This document shows, piece by piece, positions 45,939 to 57,450 of a DNA stretch of 64,000 nt. The notes below the pieces were generated by a model that saw only the letters and a list, made by a program, of their open reading frames with translations, had not been told where the DNA came from and searched no databases. Positions within the stretch are counted from its first letter, which is position 1; each line of letters starts with the position of its first letter. This DNA comes from Octopus sinensis (lineage: Eukaryota), in the NCBI RefSeq assembly GCF_006345805.1, contig NC_043004.1, positions 64,914,001 through 64,978,000 on the forward strand, given 5' to 3'. The translations under genes and the position numbers were made by a program.

Positions 45939-46436
45939 GTGAATAAGATTCAATGAAATGCCTGAGGAATTATGATATCATACTGTATGATTAGCTCCAT
46001 ATGCAAGCACAGAAATGGTTAAAACTGAAGGATGATAAAGAATAATGCAGACAACTATGAGAGCAGTTGCAAATGAATGCTAAATTTCAAGTACATGGAA
46101 TATTTGTCTCTTAAATAATCAGTTGGAAGTTGGCCATGGATGCTAATAAATATGAAGAATTAATAAACTAGCATCTAGTTATTGTCAAAGCAAGACTAAT
46201 TATGATTGTAAGTCTAACATGTGTTATATTTGACTAATGTGAGTGATTATGATGGACATAGATTATATGTAGATTTCCTACACACACAAATAATCTCCTT
46301 CATTGGCTCCCTCCCTCTCTCATTATACACATACATATATGTGCATGTGTGAGTATAAATGCACACACACCTATATAGGGCGAAAGAGGTAAATATACAT
46401 GTGTATAATGTATGTGTGTGTATAAATATACATATA

Positions 46437-47003
46437 CAGAGAAAATCTGCCTTTTATCATAAGATATATATATATATCTTATGATAAAAGGCAGATTTTC
46501 TCTGCCTGTTCCCATGTTCCTTTTTAATACAATTCTACAATATAGAATTTCTTCAATTGGAATTTACCTACGATTTTTACAAGTAGATTCGATTGGGTCA
46601 TGGCATGTAAAGTTTTTTCAATTTGACCCCCAATTAAGCAAAAATTCGAGAAAAGTAAATATTTTACGATTTGCTTCTCTAATTTCAACTGCTTCACTCC
46701 TGCTATTACCATAATTTCTCCTACTTTCTCTTTGCAAGTGTACCTTAAACCACTACTCAAAACAAATACAGAGCAAACAGAAACAAATAAATACATAACG
46801 ATTTATTCCTCACACAATTTCTTCAATTAGAGTTTACCTATGATTTTTCCAAGTACATTCCATTCGGTCATGGCATATAAATTTCTTTCAACTTCACCCC
46901 CAATTAAGCAAAAATTCGAGAAAACTCAATATTTTACGATTTCCCTCTCTCACTTCAAAGGCTTTACTCTGCCTATTACCACACTTTCTCCCACTTTCTC
47001 TTT
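46437..47003. mobile_element. Head-to-head Helitron-type 5' ends plus two copies of a about 190-bp internal unit
   Basis: TCTTATGATAAAAGGCAGATTTTCTCTG at 46477 and its reverse complement at 46437-46464 around (TA)6; unit copies at about 46545-46740 and about 46813-47003, and a third at about 47689-47882. Confidence 0.65.
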
Positions 47004-47070
47004 ACACACATAGACACGCAAACATATACATATATGACAGTGTCAATTGTTGAAAGAAAATTGTAAGCTA

Positions 47071-47113
<43 letters not shown>

Positions 47114-47230
47114 TGTGTGTGTGTAGGAAGTGAAGGATGGCAAGAAGTGGACAGATGTACATATATACATACATACATCCATACATACATGTGTGTGTGT
47201 GTGTATGTATGTGTATTAATGTGTGTGTTA

Positions 47231-47620
47231 TCTCTCTCTCTATATAAAGCTGAAGTTGTCTGTGTGCGCCAGGTTTGGTAGCCTTCAACTAACACTATCT
47301 CCTCCGAGACCCTGCGGCGCAAGTTGACCAAAATTGAGAGTATGATAGAAGGGTTGCTCTTCCTTCCGTAGAAGATAAAATTCAAATCGGACCATGTTAA
47401 CACCAAAAATTATTTACATAAAAAAGGTGCTTTTTTCTATGAAAATCCCTATTTTTTACGATTTTATCACTGCTGTGTCGCCACTTTTCGGTGTATTTCA
47501 ACCAGAAAAATGTTCACTTGAAGAGAATAACAAGCTACATAATGCAACATTTTTACTTTTCAAAATTTCCAATTCCAGCGGGTCGAAACAAACCTGAGCA
47601 ACGCCGGGCGATACTGCTAG
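47231..47620 (+). mobile_element. Complete non-autonomous Helitron (390 bp)
   Basis: A|TCTCTCTCTCTATATAAA start; CCTGAGCAACGCCGGGCGATACTGCTAG|T end; the body is unrelated to 10147-10519 but the terminus is shared. Confidence 0.9.
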
Positions 47621-48042
47621 TCTTATGATAAAAGGCAGATTTTCTCTGCCTGTTCCCATGTTTCTTTTTAATACAATTCTACAATATAGAATTTCTTCAA
47701 TTGGAATTTACCTATGATTTTTCCAAGTAGATTCGATTGGGTCATGGCATGTAAAGTTTTTTCAATTTGACCCCCAATTAAGCAAAAATTCGAGAAAACT
47801 CAATATTTTATGATTTGCCTCTCTCATTTCAAGTGCTTCACTCCTTCCATTACCACCACACTTTTTCCTACTTTCTCTTTGCAAGTGTGCAACAATTAAA
47901 GTGAAAGTATTTATGTAACAGGGATGAGCCATTAATACTGGTCATCCTTTTTGCTAGAGGAAGATCCGCTATGGTCTTATATGCAACACCACTGGTTTTC
48001 AATTCATTTTAATCAAATTAATATTCAATTTTTCACCCTTAT

Positions 48043-48075
<33 letters not shown>

Positions 48076-48706
48076 ATTAGCAATTCGTATAAAATTGCAT
48101 CAATGACTTGAACTTGAATAAGTGGTTTCACATAAATGGGGATAAATTAAAAAGGTTTGTTGTTATTATTATTACTGTTTGACTATTGTAATCACGTTTG
48201 TTGGTTCCTCGTCAGGGAAACGTTGTTGTGTTGCATTTGTTAAATAATTGTAAACTGTAACCCTCCCCCTTTCGGAGAAGAGGCTTTGGTTATTGTTTAA
48301 AAATTGAATTGTGTCCCTGTTTGGGGAAATTGACAATATTTTCACCGTCTTTATGGAAGCATTTTTGTTTAAATGCCTTCGATAGAAGAAAGTCCAAAAA
48401 TGAATTTCGCTGCAGCTGTCCAAAAAGGAATTTCGCTGCAGCCGTACACTTCTATACAAGAGGGAGGACAAGATCCAATTGATCGAAATTGCAAGAGACG
48501 GGCCTACAATTCCAGTCTGTTATATATTTTGAGTATTGTTATCACTAGCGATATCAAGATATAACTTTGTATTTTGTATTTTATGTGTAGATGTATATAT
48601 ATAGATGTACATGTAATATGTACACATATATATACACATATATACATGCATAATATATCTACCCATACACATATATGCACACACACACACACACACACAT
48701 ACATAG

Positions 48707-48771
48707 GGGCAGGTGTGGCTGTGTGGTAACAAACTACGTTCCAAACACATGGTCCTGGGTTCAGTCCCACT
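48707..48771 (+). mobile_element. tRNA-like SINE head only (Pol III A and B boxes)
   Basis: TGGCTGTGTGG at 48716-48726 and GGTTCAGTCC at 48758-48767. Confidence 0.8.
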
Positions 48772-50925
48772 AATAGCATGGACGAGGTGTCACAGTACTT
48801 GGCAGGTCGGTACATAAGCAGTGGTAAAGCTTTTTGGCGGATATTCGGGTTTCCACTTCACCAAAGGCACCCCGCCATCATACAACTAGCGGTTCATTTG
48901 GAAAATGGCCAGCGAACTTACTTTACTGAACAGACTGCAGCTGAATTGGCGGCAAATCCAAATCAAACAACTTTGACCGGTTTCTTTAGGCTTTGCCAAC
49001 TTGACACATTTGCTAAAACACTTTTATACCCTCAGGTCCCGTCCTACTACGTGTGGTCAAACAACAATTGGGTGCGTAGGAAGTCGGGTCAGGATGTTGA
49101 AGGACATCCTGGCGTCAAGTTTAACAGTTGTCTAGGAAGAGTCTACACTGTACCTCCAAACCAACATGAGTGTTTTCACCTGCGCCTTCTCCATGAGGTT
49201 TTAGGCCCACAAAGTTTTCAAGACATCAGAACTGTTGATGGTGTATTATGTGATACTTTCCGCGAAGCCTGTTTTCGGCGTCGACTTTTGGAGGATGATT
49301 CACAATGGGGCGCCACTATGGCAGAGGGTGTTTCGTTAAAATCTCCTAAAAAATTCAGATCGCTTTTCGCTATTCTACTACTATGGTGTGACTTGGCTAA
49401 TCCCGCCTCTTTATGGCTTACCTACAAAGATTATATGTCTGAAGATTTCCTGTGTCACGCTCAATCGCTACATCCATCAATGGAGGTTGGGTACACTGAC
49501 CTCATTTACAACAACAGGCGCTGCTTGAAATCGAAGATACTGTACTTGATATGGACGGTAGTGCCTTGCCGGTCTATGGCCTACCTTCAACAAACTGGGA
49601 AGGCACAAACACTCTGTCTTCACATTTGCTGCGTGAGACATGTTTTAATGTTGACGAGCTTGCCTGGGTCACTGGGAAAACTTTTGTCAACAAATTAATA
49701 TTGGCTGAAATTAGGTGAACACAAGGCATTGCCCTAGCTGTGGCATCATCTGGAATTGCGGCTACTTTGTTGCCAGGCGGCAGGACAGCTCACTCCACTT
49801 TCAAGCTCCCGCTTGACTTAGCGAACACTGAGACACAAGCTTGCAACATCAGTAACAGCTCCAATCAGGCAGAAGTCTTCAGACGATGCAAGCTTATCGT
49901 TTGGGATGAATGCATGATGGCCCACAGAGGTGCTCTTGAGGCACTAGATAGATCTCTCAGAGACATCAAACACTCTTTAGCTCCCATGGCAGGCATAACA
50001 CTTCTTCTTTCAGGGTACTTCCGACAAACACTTCCCGTTATTCCCAAAGGGACTAGAGCTGATGCAGTATGTGCGTGTCTTAAGTTATCCACATCGTGCC
50101 CACTGGTGAAGACTCTCAAACTTCACACCAATATGTGTGCTCATATGCGACGTGATATCACATCAGCAGCATTTTCTCACACCCTCCTTGCATTTGGCGA
50201 AGGCAAAATACCAGGGGATGAAAATGGTAATATTGCCATTGATTCCATTTGTACCATTGTTAAAACGCCTTCTGATGCAGTGTTCCCAGATCTACAAGCT
50301 AATTATGGATTGGATTGACCAAAGGGCTATTCTGGCCCCGAGGAATAAAACTGTTCACCATATTAATGATGAAGTGCTAAAACTCATTCCTGGGGATGTC
50401 TATGTATATCAGTCTATCGATACAACTCCTGATCCAGAGGACGTCATCAATTATCCAATAGAGGTACTCAATTCCTTTGAGCCCCCCGGACTACCACCAG
50501 ACATTCTCAAACTTAAATTTGGTGCCCCTATAATGCTCATTAGAAATTTGGTTCCCCCAAAACAATGCAATGGCACACGTTTGATCGTTAAGTCCTTATC
50601 TCCCAATCTGATTGAGGCCACCATTATCACAGGGTGCGGTCGAGGCAACGTTGTGCTCATACCTAGGATGCATCTTTTCCCATCAGGAGCAGACCTACCT
50701 TTCATATTTCGGAGGTCCCAGTTCCCAGTAAGGCCATGTTTCGCAATGTCAATTAACAAAGCGCAGGGTCAAACACTGTCTGTGGCGGGAATACATTTGG
50801 GAGAGCCATGTTTCTCTCATGGTCAGCTTTATGTTGGCTGCTTGCATGTCGGCAGCAACAGTGATGCTTTCGCATTCGTTCCACAACGAAAAACAAAAAA
50901 CATTGTGTACAAGGAGGTTTTATAG
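48772..50925 (+). pseudogene. Helitron RepHel C-terminal half (PIF1-family helicase), frameshifted; Rep HUH domain missing
   Basis: DEVSQYLAGRYISSGKAFWRIFGF..; broken Walker A TGKTF (about 49669); ASSGIAATLLPGGRTAHSTFKLP; LIVWDE; GYFRQTLPV; RSQFPVRPCFAMSINKAQGQTL..FSHGQLYV. Confidence 0.95.
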
Positions 50926-51765
50926 GATTACTACGTTTCATCATTTTCGAACACGTTAGTATTTCACTTACATACGACTCTCTTTTATGATGGCATTTAC
51001 ATTTTTAGGCGTTTCATGACATTAATTCACACTTAACCAACACCTGTCCTTCGCTCACCTCTATTTCTATCCATTCATCATCAAACCACCAGCCTCATCT
51101 TCTATATCCAACGTACATGACACATCTACCCCCTACATCTACACTCTCACTGTTAAAGTTTACATAAGCGACAACACGATCGCAACATACACTTTGGAAT
51201 CTAAGCAACAGATCATTTTATACAACAACACATTTAATCATAACGCCCATCAATGAAAACATCTCCACCACTGTGTTGTGATTCATCTATTCAGCACCAC
51301 TACAGTCTTGCTGGTCTGACATATGGTGAGTAGATGCTATTGTTCTATATTTTATAAATTACCCATATTTACTTACCCATGCTTCATTCCCCTCTTGCCT
51401 ACATAGGGCATCCATTCTCTTTTAACACAGCATGAAGTTTTGTAACAGCACATCCGCTGCCGTTCGTGGAAAATGAAGAGACCCTATTCACCTGCGAACC
51501 TTTTACATCGCCTTCCACAACTATCAAATTCTTACAATTATGAGAACAATAACATGGCTCTTTTCAAGGCAACCTCGCATTCAATTCTTACACCATTCTA
51601 CGAGGGGGTAGGAACCCCTTTACACGGCTTTCTATACACTTACAAATACATTCATTCGCCGTAAACTTATATCAATATTTGCCTGAATAATCATCATAAT
51701 TCAGTGCAATCATTAACAGTACTTCAAGCAATTCAGCCCCGAGCAACGCCGGGCAATTCTGCTAG

Positions 51766-51797
<32 letters not shown>

Positions 51798-51810
51798 TAT
51801 ACACACACTA

Positions 51811-51872
<62 letters not shown>

Positions 51873-51873
51873 G

Positions 51874-51904
<31 letters not shown>

Positions 51905-53134
51905 TCAGTCATATGTACCTTTATGTATTTGGGTGTGTGGGGAGAATATGGCATACACACACGTACATAATGTCATACTCATTAGCTGCTAGTGGAACAT
52001 TTCTGGTGTTATTCCTATGGAATATTTCCTGCAGTCGATAAATTATCCCCTTCTCTTATCATTTGCTTCATTGTGGGGTCATATTTGCATCTGTGTTCAG
52101 GCATTAAAATGAAAGCACAAACCAGTCGAAAGAATCTTTGCGTTTTGGTTTTTGTATTCTTATTGTTGTTGTTGTTATTGTTATGCTTATGAGGGGGTAA
52201 GGTTTGTTGGTTGGTTGTGTTGCTTATTTTGGAAGGTTTGGCAAAGGGGTGGGTAGTTGGAACTGATAAGCAACTCTGAATTTTGGATTCAAATTTTTGT
52301 TCCAGCCAACTTAATTAACTTATCTCTCTACCCAAGAAAAAAAGAAGACTGCCTACCTCTTTATCCTTCCGCTTATATACCTACCTGTCTAAATACCTCC
52401 TTTCCCTTGGATCTACTTACCTACTCTGCTAAATCACAACAAACCAACCAGCCTGCCAGCTTTCCTACCCACTTACCTACCTACCTACCTACCTACTTAC
52501 AGACCCACCAAAAACAAACTATTCTCCCTCCCTGCCCATCTACCTACTTCTCTAAATAATTAACCCTGTGCCAGACTTGCAAGAAATAACTAAATCTTCC
52601 TCAAATCAAACAATCATCTTTTTAATATTTTGTTCTTAGTAAATTAGTTTTGGGAAAGAAAAAAAAGATGGAGTGTTTATGGATGGAATCACTGTTATTT
52701 TGGATCAAGGCTGATCTGAGGTTAGATCCATCACCACCACCACCACGAGGAGGAGAACAGGGCTGTAACCACCACCACCACTGTTAGAAGTTCCATTTGT
52801 AGACTGATGCCTGTGAGGTAACCATAATTAGAAACAATGGTCCAGACAGCTTAGAACAAATGTTTTCGTATGACCAATATGGTTTCCTCTTTTTCTATTC
52901 TGAATATTCTTCAATTCACTCCACTTAATCAACCATAGACACATTATTGCCATCTTGGTAATTGATATACAAGAAAGGATTTTCTACATTGTTATTTGAC
53001 CTACTAGAAATAACAGCTGAATTTCCCTCAAAACCCACTCTACCAATTCTTCAAAACAAAACAAGGTCATAGCAGCAAACATATCAAGAGATACACTTGG
53101 CTTGAAAATAGATCTAAGAAATTGGAAAACTGTA

Positions 53135-53507
53135 TTAGAAGATTGCTTCCCAATCACATGGTTCTGGGTTCAGTCCCATTGCATGACATCTTGGGCCATT
53201 GTCTTCTACTGTAGCCCCAGGCTGAACAAACCTGTCTGAGTGGATTTCGTAAATGTCAACTGAAGGAAGCCCATTATGTGTGTGTGCATGACTTTCTGTT
53301 TGTGTTTGTCTCCCACCATCACTTGGCAACCAATTTTGGTTGTTTTCATCCCTGTAACTTAGTGGTTTGGTAAAAGAGACTGATAAAATAGGTACAAGGT
53401 TTTAAAAAATAAGTACTGAGATCAGTTCATTTGACTAAAAGACTCTTTAGGTAGGTGCTCCAGCATGGCCACAACCTGATGACAGAAACAAGTAAAAGAT
53501 AAAAAAT
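53135..53507 (+). mobile_element. Nearly full-length tRNA-derived SINE (head family 1, AAGTAAAAG tail)
   Basis: CACATGGTTCTGGGTTCAGTCCCA head, (TG)n middle, GGTGCTCCAGCATGGCC..GAAACAAGTAAAAG end. Confidence 0.8.
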
Positions 53508-53509
53508 AG

Positions 53510-53726
53510 TAAAGGTGAGGATAGCAGAATTGTTAGAAGATGAGACAAAAAGTGTTGGAGATCTACGTTTTAGGTTCAAATTCTGTCAAAACTGACTTTG
53601 TTTTTCATCCTATCCAGCTCGATGAAATAATTATCAGTTAAGCACTGAGGTTGATGTAATCAACTGCCTGCTGCTCCCTTAAAAAATTGCAGGCCTTGTG
53701 CAAAAAGTCGAAAGAAATTGTTATTA
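53510..53726 (+). mobile_element. Diverged tRNA-derived SINE (head family 2), (TTA) tail
   Basis: GGTGAGGATAGCAGAATTGTTAG..GGTTCAAATTC..GACTTTG.TTTTCATCC. Confidence 0.65.
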
Positions 53727-53740
53727 TGATATATCTATAT

Positions 53741-53920
53741 CATAAAGCACCATCCATATGTGGCCAACGCCAGCACCACCTTGACTGGCTTCCATGCCGG
53801 TGTCACGTAAAAAGCACCCACTACACTCACGGAGTGGTTGGTGTCAGGAAGGGCATCCAGCTGTAGAAACACTGCCAGATCAGATTGGGGCCTGGTGCAG
53901 CCTCCTGGCTTCCCAGACTG
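53741..53920 (+). mobile_element. RTE 3'UTR fragment, paralogous to 35137-35258
   Basis: Shares diagnostic GTGTCAGG and CAGATTGGGG with the 35.2-kb copy. Confidence 0.85.
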
Positions 53921-54712
53921 GTTCCATTGTTGATAAATCTGTACATGGCCAAAAAAGAAATGTGTCAATCCCTCAGTTTATCAAAAATACCAGAGAAATG
54001 ATACAATGAAGTCCTCATTGTTTTATCAGAAAACTGGCTGTCAGAGCAAAAACAAGCTGGACATTGATGTATTGAGTGCTGAAGGAGGATATCTGGACGC
54101 ATCCCTCCAAGATGATCCACCATCATGAGCTCATGCAAGTTGATAAGGCCATGAGACTGGAGAAAAGTTGTCTTATCCTACATCAGATTGCTGAAGGCAC
54201 ACTACTCAACTTGGTGTTCACTGATGAAAAGGAATTTGACATCGATCAGGCAATAAAGCACCAGAACGACCAACCGACTTTGGAGTGTGTCCGGCTCCAT
54301 CGATGGTAGACTTATAAATCAACATCAAAACCCACAGTCAGTTATAGTTGGGTGACTGTGACAGACGATGGAAGGTTTCCTCTTATTTCTGTGCCCTGAG
54401 GTGTTAAAATTAACAACCAGCGATACATTGACAACATTTCAGAAGCTGAACTGCTTCCATGGGTGAATGAGCACTTTTAAGGTGCACCTTGGAGCCCCCA
54501 ACAAGACTCAGCACCATCCCACAGCTCCAAACAAACACAACACTGAATTCAGAAGAATATTCTGTTGTCACAGGCAAGGATGTATGGCTTGCAAGAAGCC
54601 CTGATCTCAAACTGGATTTTTCTGTTTGGTCCATTTTGGAAGCAAGAGTATTGTGCATTCCTCATACTTCACTCAACACTCTGAAGGCAAAACTGCACCA
54701 GAAATGAGTTTC
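53915..54712 (+). mobile_element. Tc1/mariner-superfamily (DD37D/maT-like) transposase remnant
   Basis: LVFTDEKEFDIDQAIKHQND; QNPQSVIV; GVKINNQRY; QQDSAPSH; W..RSPDL..LDFSVWSILE; stops and frameshifts prevent an exact D-D count. Confidence 0.85.
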
Positions 54713-54724
54713 AATTCCTATATA

Positions 54725-54925
54725 TATATCTTTTATCTTTTACTTTAGTCATTTGACTGCAGCTATGCTGGGGCACAGCCTTGAAGAAGGGTTTTAGTCA
54801 AACGATTTTTTTTAAGGTCTGGTACTTATTCTATTGGTCTCCTTTGCACCAAACCTCAAAGTTATGGGGAATGTAAACACACCAACACTGGTTGTCAACT
54901 GGCGGTAAAGAACAAACACAGACAC
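54725..54925 (-). mobile_element. SINE 3' part
   Basis: Same family as 17361; inserted at a (TA)n next to the transposase remnant. Confidence 0.8.
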
Positions 54926-54950
54926 ATAGATATATATATACATATATATA

Positions 54951-55458
54951 TAGATGTTTTCAATCTAATTTGAATTTTTCAATTGGTGATCACGCCTTGA
55001 AAAAAAAGAGAGTTAAACTACATCAGCTGTAAGGGAATACATTTTTATCTTATCTAACTCGTCCAGTAGAGCCCACCAATTGATATCTGAAAAGTTCGAT
55101 GAAATAACTCATGAACACTGCCACAGCTTCTACCAAAAGATGCTACGTTACGTGGACAGGTCTGAACAAGGGGAGACAATAGAAAAAGAATCATTCGTTT
55201 ATTATCTCCCCTTGCTCTGTCAACGACGTAAATATGTTGAAGCATCTTTTGGCAGAAGCTGTTGCAGTGTTCATGAGTTATTTCATCGAACTTTTCAGAT
55301 ATCAATTGGTGGGCTCTACTGGACGAGTTAGATAAGATAGACATGTATTCCCTTACGGCTGATGTAGTTTAACTCTTTCTTATTTTTTCAAGGCTTGAGC
55401 ATCAACTGAAAAATTCAAATTTGATGGCAAAGAATTCAAACTAGATCGAAAACATCTA
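54951..55458. mobile_element. Complete fold-back MITE (about 195-bp TIRs, about 95-bp centre), flanked by TA
   Basis: TAGATGTTTT...AAAACATCTA; the mirrored arms show up as mirrored ORFs 55054(-) and 55080(+). Confidence 0.9.
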
Positions 55459-55711
55459 TATTAGTTGTAGTGGTTATAATATAGTATCAGTGTGCCTATT
55501 AGTACTTGTGTCAGTTTCAACTGTGCACTCTTTAACCAAGCAAATGGAACTATTTTAGATAAGCCAGTAGAGTGGTGTAATGGGAGGGGTTATAGAGCCC
55601 CAAAGGGTTGCTGACATGCCTTGCTACAGGTGAACTCATATATATATATATATATATATAGATAGATAGATAGATACACACACATGCATATACATACATA
55701 TATCTCTCTCT

Positions 55712-56185
55712 GTGGGGGACAATATTATGTATGTTGAAGTTGTTTAAAGTGGTTGGGCCGTGGATGTTGGATATGTTACTGTGATCGGTGTTATTGTTTC
55801 CGTTGTGTAGTTCTATGGTAGAGTTGTATGCATTTAGATAGTAAGAGCTAAGTGTACGTTTGTTAGTTGAGATGATAATAGATTCTATATTTACTGTAAA
55901 GGAATAGGATAATTTCAAAGTGGATCTGTTAAAGACAGAATGGTACTTGTGGTTCCATGGGAAATTAGAGTCTACTAGTTTAAAGAATGCTTTGGTGAGG
56001 CCCTTAACGTTTAAAGTGAATGGAGGTATATACCAGAGAATAAATCTCCTACCATTCTTATTAGGCAAGTTTGGGGAGGTGTGATACCTACTGTATGTTA
56101 GAGGAGAGTTGGAAGGTTTGATGTTAGTATTCTTAGATTGAGTTTTATGCGTGTGGGTGCTAGGTGGGCGAGATTGTCTAACCAC
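55712..56185 (-). mobile_element. Penelope-like element fragment (RT thumb/linker region), different lineage from 24530
   Basis: RRFILWYIPPFTLNVKGLTKAFFKLVDSNFPWNHKYHSVFNRSTLKLSYSFTVNIESII matches the W(F/Y)NPP..F....K.F.R..(V/L)K.SYS motif of PLEs. Confidence 0.8.
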
Positions 56186-56332
56186 AGTGGGAGGGTTTGG
56201 ATATCCGATATGTGTGTACGCTTGCCTAGGGTTGATTTCAGAGAGGTATTTTTTCCAATAATAATAATAATGTATATGATGTTTGTCTTGTCTTAATGTT
56301 TGTTGTCCACTTTAACAATTATATATCTGCTA

Positions 56333-57306
56333 TAATAATAATAATGAAATTATTGTATACAGTGCTCAGGTGCACCACAACTTCTCAGAGTATATGCAGT
56401 AATGTACAAATGTCTGGAGAGCGAACAGTGTATGAGTCAGATACATGCTTGCATGTGTATGGAGGGGAGAAAATCAGGTGTAGTGTTGGCGAATCTCAGA
56501 AAGCATGGAAGTTTTGAAGGATGCAGTGCTCTGACAACTAACAACTGATGCCGGCAGTTTGTTCCATGCTTCAGCAACTCTCAGCGTGAAAAAATGTTTC
56601 CGAAAGTCATGGGAGCTGTGCTGTTTTCTGACTTTGTAAATATTTCCACGGCTGTTAGACAGGTGGTGTTTGAAAAGGTTCTCAGAGTTATTGTTTGTAA
56701 GATGGTTGATAATTTTATGGGTGTCTGCCAAGTCAGCTGCCAGCAAAGTATTCTGGAAGTATGTGCACTCAAAGCAGAGACCCCACTCTCCAGTTGGTCC
56801 CTTTCACAATCCCCACACAGGACAGATTACTGGCAATCCCGAAGAATGTGCAGAAATCATTGCTGGATGTTATGCCGGCATCTTTACTGTCGAAGACCAA
56901 AATGTTCCATCTTCATCACCACTGACATCGAACTCTATATCTACTATGCAATTTACACCAGCAATGCTGCAACGTCACCTTAAGAATAAACGCAACTATG
57001 CCTCTCCTGGTCTCGATGGTGTTACATACCTACTTCTCAAACGCGGTGGGTACTTTCTTCTAAGCCAACTTTCTGTATTCTTCAAATTCTGTCTTGAAAA
57101 TGGTGTTACTCCAGAGCAGTGGAAAACTGCCAGTGTTATCCCTCTGTTCAAATAAGGTGACTGCACATCGCCTGTCAACTATTGCCCTGTTAGTCTTACT
57201 AGCTGCATCGCCAAACTGATGGAATCCTGTATCAGGGAAACCCTCTGGAACTTCTGGAAGTCTCACAGCCTCATCCAGCCGTCACAATTCGGATTTATTC
57301 CTAAGT
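56333..57306. mobile_element. CR1-clade LINE fragment with internal inversion
   Basis: Minus 56333-56739 is the 3' end (RKHFFTLRVAEAWNKLP, ATT tail); plus 56734-57306 is an upstream part (KVFWKYV..SPGLDG..WKTASVIPLFK..NYCPVSLTS..QFGF). Confidence 0.85.
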
Positions 57307-57450
57307 CACTTGCATTGGAAATCTACAATGGCTCCATAACTACCATCTTGGCTATAACCTTGGAGCCCAGGTAATCCATTAGAGCACTTACCTAGTCATT
57401 TAGATCACCTGTGAACTAATCCACCATATATATATATATATATATATATA

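Larger units (their letters stand above)
47621..51765 (+). mobile_element. Deleted, formerly autonomous Helitron
   Basis: TC 5' end at 47621 (inferred to belong to this element), RepHel remnant, and 3' hairpin CCCGAGCAACGCCGGG (51738-51753) plus CTAG (51762-51765)|T. Confidence 0.75.

Noticed and set aside
48175-48220. Minus-strand CTGACGA GG-AA-CC
   Set aside because: GAAA is absent and stems I and III are unsupported.
48172-48564. ORFs 48172-48471(-) and 48373-48564(+) inside the Helitron, as a possible captured gene
   Set aside because: No recognisable motif or splice pattern. Left unassigned; BLASTX would be decisive.
48778-50925. PIF1 helicase as a host gene
   Set aside because: Multiple frameshifts and stops, an upstream Helitron-specific domain and a canonical Helitron 3' end show it is a transposon remnant.
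53476-53490. CTGATGACAGAAAC
   Set aside because: A mutated SINE tail (CAAATGACTGAAAC) with no room for stem II.
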